Part shown: positions 24,301 to 34,225 of the stretch, in pieces
How positions within the stretch are numbered: position 1 is the stretch's first letter
Layout: each line of letters starts with the position of its first letter
Assembly (NCBI GenBank): GCA_040954595.2
Contig: CM082577.2
Span: 4,154,305-4,218,304 of the forward strand
DNA: 64,000 bases
Direction: 5' to 3'
DNA from: Balanoglossus misakiensis
Lineage: Eukaryota > Animalia > Hemichordata
Program-made: the position numbers and the translations under genes
The notes under the pieces: model-generated
The model's input: the letters and a program-made list of their open reading frames with translations, nothing else
What the model was told of the DNA's origin: nothing
Databases searched by the model: none

Positions 24301-27300
24301 GCATGTAAGAGTGAGTTGTCGTTTCAGGGTGTGTGGTGGTCTGTTTAATATGTCGCGATGGTATATATGTCACTGTGAATAATTCATGGATGCATGGTCT
24401 TGTAAAAATGGTGGAAGGTATAGTTCTTGTGTTGTCTGAATAGTTTAGAGATGGTTGGTTACATCTTCAAGGGATCCTGAATGGTGGCAAAGAGGATGGT
24501 TTTGCCAAGATTCATGTGCATGAATGAGGTGCAAAAAAGATGAAGTATGTATTGGGTGTCATGGTGATTTCAAGTACAGGGTTCAAATTAAGGAAACCAC
24601 TTTTCAAGATATTTACTGTGGATGACTTAATATCAACATTCTTCTAAACTAACACACGCTGTTGTTTCTCTCATACTTAGCTTTCTTTAAGGATGTGTGA
24701 GTGAAGGTAGGAATTGTCTCCATCTATTAACACCTTGTCATTGTCACTGATGAAGGTCATCATTAACAAAAGAATGACTGTCCTGTTATTTGTATCAAGT
24801 CCAGGAAAATCAGAAGTTTCAAGTTGTCTACACCAGCAATGTGATTTAGTAGAATTTTTCGCAGAAGATTTTACCATTTCCTAACGATTTTGTGCTCAAT
24901 CCTGGGTATTTTGAAAGAGTATTTTCTACCTGAGTAATGATGACTTGTAAACTTCAATTCACCTGGACTTGATACATCTCCTGTTCCTCTTTGAGAAGAA
25001 TGTATGAACATTTTGTTCCTCAAATTTCTTGGATAACAGGATATGCAAACCCACATTGAAGATGAACAGCGTGCTCGTGAAGATCTGCGTGAACAACTCC
25101 AACTTTCAGAAAGACGCAACACCGGTCTGAATGCCGAAAATGAAGATCTCAGAGCTTCATTTGAACAGGTCAGTATCTCTTTCACAGATCTACAGCATTA
25201 TTTGTGTATTTTCCAGTTATCACTGATGGTGGATATTTGGTGATTCAGTTTACTGGCCTGTTTGGCTCATCTCTACATTTGTGTTTCTCTCTCTCTCTCT
25301 CAGGCTGACAGAATCCGCCGTCAAGCTGAAGGTGAACTGGGTGATGCCAATGACCGCATTGGTGAACTTGGCACCCATGTCAGCTCACTGACTTCAGGCA
25401 AGAGAAAGGTTGAAGCCGAGCTGGCTACTCTGCAAGCAGAACTTGATGAGGCCATGGCTGAAGCCAGAGTCAATGACGACAAAGCCAAGAAAGCAGTGTC
25501 TGACGTAAGTATCTAAAAATTTCCTCTGATAAACTTTTGTCAATTTTTTATCATGTAATGGGGTGTAACAGCTTTGGATTCGACCAGAAATTAAAAAAAA
25601 AATTGAAAATATCAAACACAACACAACTACAATATCAGTGAGCCACATTTCTGTAAACTTTTCGCCTCATCTTATTTCAGTGTGTCAGAATTGCCGAAGA
25701 ACTCCGTGCTGAACAAGACCATGCCATGCACGTGGACAAGATCCGCAAGCAACTAGAACTGCAAGTTAAGGATCTTACAGCCAGAATTGAAGAAACTGAA
25801 ATAATTGCATCCAAGGAAATCAAGAAACAACTTAGCAAATATGAACTGAGAGTGAGTACTCTTTCACATTCTGAATATTGGAGAGACTTGTACTTCACGC
25901 TATTTCACTACCATAAGCTTTCGATAAAAACATGATTTTTTTCTTTCATGATAAGACAGAATATCAGAAATTGAGTGACAATTTTCACCTCTGAATTCCA
26001 GATCCGTGAACTAGAAATAGTCATAGAAGAAGAACGCCGCCACCGTGCCGAGAGTGAAAAGAACATGCGCAAGTCTGAACGCCGCGTCAGAGAAATCCTC
26101 ATGGCACAAGAAGAAGACCAGAGGACTGCTGAACGCCTTCAAGAACAGATCGAGAAGTTGAACATGAAGATCAAGACTCTCAAACGCCAACACGAAGAGG
26201 CTGTAAGTAGACTGTGTATTCAATTGACTGGAGCTGTGTGGTTCATGTATCGTCATACTTCTTGAATAGTGAATAATGCTGATTTTGCTGAAACCATGAA
26301 ACATCCAAGCCATCTAATGTGACAAATTAGTGTTCATTTATGCAAATTGCATGAATGAACAATGTTTCATTGTTACATTTTGATGATAATCAACCATTAT
26401 CAATGGTCAGTATATACGGACGTATACCTCAGATCATGCCTTGCATAATCTAAGCTAGATTTAAATGAATCCCTGTGGCCCAACAACTGCCTCTTTCCCC
26501 ATCCACAGGAGGATCAAGCAAATATCAACCTGGCCAAATTCCGCAAAATCCAACTGGAGCTGGAAGAAGCCGAAGAGCGTGCTGATATTGCTGAAGGTGC
26601 ACTGGCCAAACTGCGTACCAGAAACCGCAGCCAACTTGCCGCATCATCATCTCGCTCCAGTTCGGTGAGTGTTCCAACTGAACTGTGCGCCGATTACTTA
26701 CGTTGCTACACAGTTCACCAGCTGCAATGAGCTGAAAGTGCTCATTCACAAAATCCTAAAAAACAGTCTGATCTTTTCAATACCGAAAAAAAAGTGAAAT
26801 GTGTAGCATCTGTGGGAATGACTTACTTGTGTATCTTCTCTCCTGCTTGCGTACAGTTACTCAGGCCATAAACGGGTAGTAAGTATAGAAGATGGCCGCT
26901 CTCATCAGACTTTGATCACCTGAAAGACACAAGGCAATGCTTCATCTCAAAACTTGTAAACTGAAATCATGCAACTGTTCCAGCAATGGCACAGAATATT
27001 TCAGTGATGCTGATAAAATTGCTGATTTGCATCCATTACAAAATTTATCTTAATCTGTTAGAATGGGCTCTGCTGTTGTCATGTCAGGTGACTAAAGTGC
27101 AAACACAGACACTGGAATTATTGTCCATCTCGCTATTCTCAATGCTGTGTGTGTGTCTCTTGTTTGTGTGTTATTTCTCTCCTCCTATTTCTCTCTCTTC
27201 TCATTCTCCTTGTCAACTCTTACGGGCTCATTGCCACGAAGAAGGTGTCTATATCAGCAACCACAAGCAGCAAATAGAAACAGCTGAAAGTCAACTTTAA

Positions 27301-29209
27301 ATAATCAATCAGTACCCAGTAAGTTCTTTCACGTTGACACACGTAAAGCCTGCTGCCGCCTCCCCAGCAAGACCGAGCATCGCTTTGACAAAAAAAAATT
27401 GCAAAGAGTGTGTGGTGTAGGTTGCTAGTACCATCCTTTTGTAGTAATTTACTAGGAAGTGTTTCTCTCTCTCTCTTTCTCTCTCTCTCCATCCGTTTTA
27501 TCTACCCAATGCGCAGTCCTCCTACACAACTGGTTCTGGTGGTGTCATTGTCAAAAAAACATCCCGAACCCTGGTGACAGAACATGAGTCTTCATAAATG
27601 CCTAGTTGTTGAAAGATGGTAAATACTCTCCCAGCATGTTAGCTATAGTGGGCATTTCTTGTCCGTGCTACGCCGCATGCTATGCTCTCTCATTTTTCAA
27701 CCTGCTTGTCTTTCATCTTTCACTTTTCTTTTCTTATCTGTTTGTAGCATGACTCACTATTGTCTAGAATACTGTCATTTCAGTGGATGGGATTTGCCTA
27801 ATTTACATGTTACTACCATCTTTAGCAGATGGAAACAGATTTATCACGTCTAGTGTAGTTGTTTCTCTTTCGCTACTGTATTTTGTTGGATAGACAATGG
27901 GAATTGCATTGTGAAAAAAATTGATATCTTACCACGCCAAATCACCTTGGTTACTGTTACCATGGTGAAAATGGATTTATTTAGTTTGTTACTTAGGGTG
28001 TGGCAAGACTGGGTCAACTCCAAGATACAGTAGTGTGTATTGGGATGTAATATTGGCATTGAAGGGGCAAATCTGTCCATAATCAAAGAACTAGCCAACA
28101 TGTTAACAAATAACAGTCACATCAATTATTTCTTTTGGTCAATAGTGAACACCGAAAAGGTACTATACATGCATACTGTTTGATCATTCGACTATACAGT
28201 ACGAAAATTGCATAATATTCCATGATGCCTGATGAATGAACCAATATGGTGGTTTGCTTTATGGAAAAGAAATGTAGTTAGAGACACTTGATTATGATAC
28301 ATGAATGTTCAGGCATTGAAAGTGAATGAAAATGCATCAATCAGGGTTGGCTTTCCAAGTCTGTGATATGAATTTTTTTTTACTGAAACAAGAGAATGAT
28401 ATCAGAAAATTCCTGGTATTCTAAAAAAGATTATAGAATCTTTAAATAATTTCCTCCAAAACTATTTTGTTATATGATGAAAGAAAGCTTGCCCAATGTG
28501 CATGGCATGTGATGTCATGTGTAACAACTATCTTAGAAACTGCCATTCCCCCTTCCTTGAAACTTGACATGGTCTTGTTTGGAGTCAAAGGAATATCAAG
28601 TTTCAAGGAGCGCAGGAATAAGTTGTAGAATATGCAGGAATGATGTTCAGAGTTTATCAAGTTGGTGAAAATTGAATGAACTTAAATGTTTTGTGAGCGT
28701 TTTCATGAAATAGACAGTTGTGTTTTAAGTAGTTAAACCTCTCAATGTAGAGCTGTGTTCAGTGGATTCTTCTAACTTTGCTCTGTTTTGCGTTTGTCAG
28801 ATAACGCACTACATATTCGCATTGCTGTAAAAAGTAAAAAATGAAAAACACTGATGGTAAACTTAAAATAAAAATATTCACATTGAATTTAGCTTCATCA
28901 ATCCAATTTGCATAACAACCCATAGGACAACTTCTGAGACAAATCCTGAAATTTACCAATAGATCTTTAAATATGGAGTATACGCTATTCACACTACTGG
29001 GACCTTGTACATAACATGATAGCCTAACATGAATAACAATTAACTCCAGTCTTTATGTTTTTGCACTGTTTTGCTGATTTTCTGTCTCTTTTCTCTCTCA
29101 GGGTGGCTACTTAAGATCATCGTACTCGCCACGAAGTAGTAGTGACCGCTTTAGTGATCGTGGTAGCATCGGATCGCCATCCAACGGGGGAGATGAAGAA
29201 GAAGAATAA
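393..29209 (+). CDS. Mhc: Striated/sarcomeric-type myosin II heavy chain, multi-exon, 5' end outside window
   Basis: Phase-consistent GT-AG exons: 393-485 ([17 protein letters not shown], switch I), 794-857, 1070-1272, 1405-1543, 2048-2166, 2622-2942 (LDIAGFE switch II, relay), 3256-3444, 3578-3707, loop-2 exon 4354-4412 or 4513-4562, 7404-7609 (PHFVRC, SH1/SH2 [18 protein letters not shown]), 7986-8106, 8497-8633, 8928-9009 (IQ, WQWWRLY), 9253-9426 (KPLL, rod start), 9749-9829, 10176-10304, 11584-11706, 11900-11986, 12365-12510, 12701-12791, 18223-18279, 20164-20417, 20519-20597, 20724-21166, 21521-21653, 21780-21996, 22142-22382, 23934-24126, 25040-25168, 25304-25504, 25681-25851, 26002-26202, 26509-26664, last exon 29102-29209. 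Confidence 0.97.
1586..1679. mobile_element. About 90-bp piggyBac-like MITE (TTAA-CCCTTTCACC...GGTGAA(A/G)GGG-TTAA)
   Basis: TTAA at both ends and CCCT/(A/G)GGG termini typical of piggyBac; related copies at about 2220-2314, 4042-4137, 22670-22763, 38483-38558, 46816-46909 and 54845-54934; fragments near 24177 and 60109. Confidence 0.8.
4354..4412 (+). CDS. Myosin loop-2 exon, variant A: (S)[19 protein letters not shown]
   Basis: TAG acceptor 4351-4353, GTAGG donor 4413; phase 1 in and phase 0 out fit exons 3578-3707 and 7404-7609; canonical KK..SFQTVS..HR loop-2 motif. Confidence 0.93.
4513..4562 (+). CDS. Myosin loop-2 exon, variant B (mutually exclusive): (T)[16 protein letters not shown]
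   Basis: Strong polypyrimidine tract and TAG acceptor (AG 4511-4512), GTTTG donor 4563; same phases as variant A; paralogous Lys cluster and T(I/V)SGxH motif. Confidence 0.75.
7672..7842. mobile_element. Tc1/mariner-pogo-type MITE (TA-CAGTAAAACCTGTCT...AGACAGGTTTCACT)
   Basis: Imperfect terminal inverted repeats after TA; a partial relative at about 61830-61960 shares AAAAGAACCTCTATAA and ends AGACAGGTTTTACTG-TA. Confidence 0.6.
8724..8818. repeat. Two-copy tandem duplication (about 52-bp period) in a myosin intron
   Basis: CAGTTGGTACTTGATAATGTCCACACTGTC..GTCTCTGCC occurs twice. Confidence 0.8.
9520..9670 (-). mobile_element. Degenerate tRNA-derived SINE fragment
   Basis: The minus strand has a B-box-like GAGTTCAAGACC followed by CCCTTGAGCAAGGCACTTTAC, resembling the CORE domain of MIR-like SINEs. 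Confidence 0.45.
9871..10034. mobile_element. pogo/Tigger-like MITE (TA-CAGTCAAACCTGT...ACAAGTTTGAATG-TA)
   Basis: TA-flanked imperfect TIRs and internal repeated TATAGACAGGT / AGGTGGCC units. Confidence 0.55.
17022..17225 (+). promoter_or_regulatory. Candidate internal muscle promoter inside the 5.4-kb myosin intron
   Basis: E-box CAGCTG 17022-17027, perfect CArG box CCATTTATGG 17046-17055, reverse CCAAT (ATTGG) 17120-17124 and GC box GGGCGTGGC 17129-17137, all just upstream of the 17414 ATG exon. Confidence 0.55.
17414..17632 (+). CDS. Alternative first coding exon of a headless myosin-rod isoform (catchin/myorod-like), 73 aa
   Basis: GCCAACATG start context; [73 protein letters not shown] followed by a GTAGG donor in phase 0, in frame with exon 18223 ([14 protein letters not shown]). 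Confidence 0.75.
22670..22763. mobile_element. Copy of the piggyBac-like MITE, opposite orientation to the 1586 copy
   Basis: TTAACCCTTTCACC...GGTGAAAGGGTTAA with an internal sequence matching the reverse complement of 1586-1679. Confidence 0.8.
26857..26871 (+). CDS. Candidate alternative myosin tailpiece exon 1 (LLRP*)
   Basis: Pyrimidine tract plus TACAG acceptor ending 26856; phase 0 after exon 26509-26664; stop at 26869-26871; GT donor candidates a few nt downstream. Confidence 0.4.
   Translation, partial: LLRP
27242..27277 (+). CDS. Alternative myosin tailpiece exon 2 ((K)[10 protein letters not shown]), stop-containing cassette extending to 27318
   Basis: Very long pyrimidine tract (about 27150-27220), tandem AAG/AAG acceptors ending 27241 and 27244, phase 0, Ser/Thr-rich peptide, GTAAGT donor at 27319. 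Confidence 0.6.
   Translation, partial: KVSISATTSSK
29102..29209 (+). CDS. Terminal myosin exon, long tailpiece [35 protein letters not shown]
   Basis: Strong acceptor ending 29101, phase 0, Ser/Arg-rich then acidic non-helical tail; AATAAA at 29759-29764. Confidence 0.85.
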   Translation, partial: GGYLRSSYSPRSSSDRFSDRGSIGSPSNGGDEEEE

Positions 29210-31946
29210 ACTTTTTAAGAAATGCACAAAATAACCAGAAAAAAGTCGAGAGATTTAGACAATGCCTCACCAAGATGCAATCTAAATTCTATCCTGATAA
29301 AAAAAAATACAGAACGCTCTGTAGTGTTCTTATGACCATGTCAGTATTTCTTGGGAAAAGGGGGAATTATTGAAATATGGAACATTTGAATTCGGGAGAA
29401 CAGAAAGGGGAATCTTTTTTTCTTTTTTTGATAGTAACATTTGATTTTGTTGCTTGCCTAGGAGTTAAGTTTCAATCTGAGCCTTTAAGTAGAAACTTTT
29501 TTCCTCACTTTTGTAGAAAAAAAAATGAAAGGAAATAGCGTGGATGTGTGAGTGAATGCAGAATTGCCTTGCATCGTAATCATTTCATTTTTGTGGCTCA
29601 CGAATGATTGATGTAGGCAGGACTTGCCTGTTAGATCCGCTGTCTGGCTCCATCATGTTTGTAGCACTAATTGTATAAAAAAATCTTTTTACTAAGATAA
29701 AAATACAGATTAAACTTAACTCTTGTAGATCTTTCTATATTTACCGCTTTCTGTAGAAAATAAAAATCAGGCTCTTTTACCTGGTTATTGTTATTTATTA
29801 AACTACTGTTATTAAAACATAGAGACAAGGCAACTCTCCCCCAAATGGCATGGAATTCTGTATCCCATATTTACCACTATTGTAAGCCATTTTTTCTCAT
29901 TTTAGACCTTATTATTTTTTACAATACTTGTGTGGGTTGTTGGTAGAGATTTTAGCAAAACTTAATTAGAAGTTATTTTTTCTGTGGGAAGTCATCAGCC
30001 ACCCGAAACCGCAAAACTAATGTATTTTCCTTTTTACCAATGCTAATAAAAATGTCAGAAGAAAAGACAAAGCCATCTTCTCTCTGTGGGTTTGATTCCA
30101 GTGTGAGTGTGAGTTCGGATGCTGCTGCTGGAAATAAGTAGAAATCAAAGCTGCCATGAGTTTCATTTGAAAACATTTTGAAAACCAGATCCATTCAAAT
30201 TCAAATGAAATTTTTCTACCATCATGATAAAAGTGAAAACCAGACAGAATGTTATGTCGCATAAGATTTAAGAAAATGTTCACAAAATCCTCTAAAAATG
30301 TTGGCAGTTCCATATTGTGGAGCATCCTAACTTGGCTTGAGTGAGAATATGAAGGTTGGTGTTTTGGATGACAAGAAGTGAATGAGAGTCATTACATTTG
30401 TGATGAATATGAAAAAGAAAAAAAAATATCTGCTCATTAAAGAGAAAGACAACACAATTTCTTACAAGTATATATGTAGGATGAGAGAATTTGAGTCTGA
30501 TACCAACTTTGCAAAAGTCTTGTTGAAAAACTCTGAGTGAGAACAGATGGAGTTTTCTAAGCATGTACACCTGACGCCTATTAAAATGCAAACAACTTCC
30601 GTTCACATGCATCTGTGATGACAGACAAGATTGGTGACAGGTTGATAAGCACTGGTAGCCAACAACTGAAGACCATCGTCGTAAACCATGACCTCTTTAC
30701 AGCAAAAGTTTCTTGTCTCTGTGGAGCGGAGGGAGGTAGATGACTCTGGCTGGCGGGAATGCCGAAGACAGTTTTAATGGGACTGGAACAAATGTTTTGC
30801 TGGGATAGGCATGCATACAACATAAACATCCATGAAATCCACAAATGCAAACATTCCTGAGGTTTAAGTAGACCCTGTCTGAAGAATGACACTGCCAGTG
30901 TTGCCATGGAGATGTAGACCTCCTGGTAGCTGATCAGGTCAAGTGTTGATGAGTTGATCAGATGTCAATAAATTTGGTATCAGCTCCATAATCTTGGATA
31001 TATTTGGTAAAGCCCCCTACTAAACATGATAAATGTCAAAATACACCCATCTTTATGATTTATGTCATCATACTGTATGTACCTTTAATACTTTACAGAT
31101 ATATATCACTGATATCAGTTTATTTAAAGCATGAAAAGTTTGAGTGCATTCATTCTAGGTTGTATTAAATCTGTGTAAAAGCCTGAGGGACCCGGGTTAT
31201 CAACCCTACGATCAGGTCAGAGATCGGCCTTATAATTCTCCAATAAATCTCATGTGAATCTGCTTGTTGAGAATCATGACATGACCTACTTGCTATCTAA
31301 CAAGTCATGTGCAGGGAAACATTTTTCTTCCATTTATGGATTTTAGGAATGCGTGCCAGGAGTTGGCGTAACCTGGAGGATGTCTTGATCAGGATTAACG
31401 CACGTTAACTTGCCATTATACTTCACAAGAACATTTGAGGTACTTCTCAAAAAGTATTGAAATTCAGAGTTGCTGAGATACCACACCAATTGTACAACTT
31501 GCTTTCTTTTGTTGTCATGCCAGAAAGAAAAATAGCTTTGCACTTCCATGGTTACATATAACCTAATTGGAATCACCTCTTTATCATGGTTAGATACACC
31601 TAGATTTTTATCATGGGGTTGGCGTGATATTGCAACTTGAAACAGTGCTGCCCAACAACCCATAATGTTTACCTACAGTTTGTATGTAACACATTCAATA
31701 GTATATACCACAATGTAAACTCTTCATACCGCATTAGGGCTTACCCTTTGTCCAGAGGTTAAGTATTCAGGTGCAGATTTGATCGACGTAAGTGTTTATT
31801 TATGAGGTTTTAAGGACACGTATCAATCTTATGTAAAAGATTTATACATCACAGATCATGGCACAGGCTTGTACATTGCCTGAGAAAGTTTATGTGCCTT
31901 CGATACACTGCAACTTTACCAGGTATACCCTGAAGAAGGCAGTCTG

Positions 31947-31947
<1 letters not shown>

Positions 31948-32016
<69 letters not shown>
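31948..32016. repeat. (GAT)23 microsatellite
   Basis: Perfect trinucleotide run. Confidence 0.97.
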
Positions 32017-32017
<1 letters not shown>

Positions 32018-32951
32018 CATTTTTTAAAACAATGTGTCATTCCTTTGTTTGTTGATGTCACAATTAATTGGAGTAACTCCTCTGGCCCTCGTTGTCAAGT
32101 CTGATATAAATATGCCAAATTGAGCGAGAAGGTTCTTTTATAAACACCATGTAAAGAAAGCATGGCAACGTGGTAGGCCCTAGTAGCGATACACCGGAGC
32201 AGAATACAAATATTACCTGTTTTAATACCATTCTGCCCTTTCCAATGCACTGTGCGAGGGAATTTCCACTGTATGGAGCACGCAGTACGCACTTTCAAGC
32301 ATGGCAGTCACTTTCTTCAACATTTACATATTAAAGTGTCTCAGCTGTAAATTTCAGCAGATTCCATCCACCTGGTGGCAAAACCCCTCTCTTCAGGTAA
32401 CCGTGGTGACACGTTGTCCTGAAATTTCTTAAAAAATACTGCTTGAAATTCGTTGACGTAATGACGTTCTTTTACGGTCAGCAGCAATTCAGCTTTTGGT
32501 ACATGTGGTAGAAAGCCATTTTGAAATGTAGCAGACGACAAAACGTGACACGTGATGATTTTCAGCCAATAAAACTCCCCAAAGCATCAGTGTGTTTTGC
32601 ATCCGAGATGCGGTGCCAGCCAGACGAGATCCGGGCCGGAAGATGCGAAAAGATAAAACACTCGCTGGAGCAGAAAACGTACTTTCTGTTACGATTTTCG
32701 TATTTCATCTTGATACAATGTTCAAATTCCTTTCTGTAACTTTAATATTATCAGTATAGACCATAAGACAAAGTGCTTGAATGATTTGTGAGATGTTTTC
32801 CCAAACGAAGTCCACTTCATTCAGTGATGATGGTGTACAGGTGGGACGTGGCACAATACACTAATTTATAACCCTATACAAACACAATACAAAGATGAAA
32901 TTTAATACGTTTTTGTTGGCGTCGTTTTCCATTTGTCACGGGTACTGTACT

Positions 32952-33110
32952 GGGATGACCCTGGGGATATTCTGGGATCTGCGCGTGTACGGATAGCGCC
33001 CCCACACACAGAGTGGTTGCGTGTTACTGGTCACGTGATCTACCGTAGGACGTCGCCATCTTGATTACCGGCAGATATTTTTGACCAGAGTAGCTACGAT
33101 TACGGTAAGT
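32952..33110 (+). promoter_or_regulatory. COX6B promoter and non-coding first exon
   Basis: CpG-rich patch, CACGTG E-box 33032-33037, YY1-type CGCCATCTT 33054-33062, GTAAGT donor at 33105. Confidence 0.6.
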
Positions 33111-33795
33111 GAAGATTCACCCGAAATTACACAATTTACACCCCAGATTTGATTGTAAGACTTGATTTAATCACAAACTAAATTGTTTCGGTGTATTTGT
33201 GGCTTTATTCTTCGGAAACCAATGAATTTACGTGCATCGCGCGGGATGTGTAATGGTGGATTCCGAACTAGAAATGTGTGTCACACATTTACCGGTATTT
33301 TCACTATCCACGTTTTGGTGACTTGAAGTCATCCTATGCCTTTATATACGCTCGGAAATGCATAAAAAATTCCACAAAAAGAACATATCGCGTAAGAAGG
33401 AAGCACAGATCGTCAAGCAAGAAATTACCGCATTCGTCTTGCTGTTGACCTTGTAAGTTTCTTTCGTTTTCATCGAGCCGCCCTACACGTACACGCGACA
33501 TTGACCCCCAAATTAAGGTCAGTATCGCTTGTGTAACTGTAGTGTACATATACTATGTAAATCCTCAGACCCTAAGCACCATAGACAACAAAAACAACGA
33601 TTATTACCACCACAAGCATGTTGACAGAACAACATAATAGTACTTTGCAGCTAATTCACACTTTGGTTTAAGGTGGTATAAATAGTGTCATCAAAGTACT
33701 TAGAGATTTGGCACCAACTTATGTTAGAATAATTCACATAGTATAATATATAAACATTTTGAAACATTGGTTATTGTTTGTACAGATCACCAACC

Positions 33796-34225
33796 ATGGA
33801 TGATTACAAGACAGCACCATTTGATGCCAGATTTCCCAACCAGAACCAAACAAAGAACTGCTGGCAGAATTATGTAGACTACCACAGATGTCAGAAAGTC
33901 AAAGGAGAAGATTATCAACCCTGTGAATACTTCAAAAGGGTATACAAATCACTCTGCCCACTGAGATGGGTAAGTTACACAATTTCCCTCCCGACATTTC
34001 TCAGTGTTATTCCATATATATACATAAAGCTGAAATGCACTGGCAAACTTCACACTTGCAGACTTTCGTATGCTGCTGAGTGCAGGCCAATAATGGCTCG
34101 TGGACGCTTCATGCAAATGGGACCTAAAAACTTTACAGATTGTTTTGATTTTGTCCTTTTCTTCTCCACAGGTTGAAAATTGGGATGAGCAGCGTGAAGA
34201 AGGTACCTTTCCTGGCAAGATTTGA
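33796..34225 (+). CDS. COX6B1: Cytochrome c oxidase subunit 6B (75 aa; coding exons 33796-33969 and 34172-34225)
   Basis: [27 protein letters not shown]...[14 protein letters not shown]|[17 protein letters not shown], with four conserved Cys; AATAAA at 34315 and 34494. Confidence 0.97.

Noticed and set aside
20712-26313. Minus-strand ORFs opposite myosin rod exons
   Set aside because: Antisense shadows of Glu/Lys/Leu-rich codons, Ser/Leu/Phe-rich, with no independent gene structure.
30980-31071. Possible minus-strand C/D box snoRNA (ATGATGA...CTGA)
   Set aside because: No terminal stem or recognisable rRNA guide.
31858-32055. Poly-Asp ORF
   Set aside because: Artefact of the (GAT)n microsatellite.
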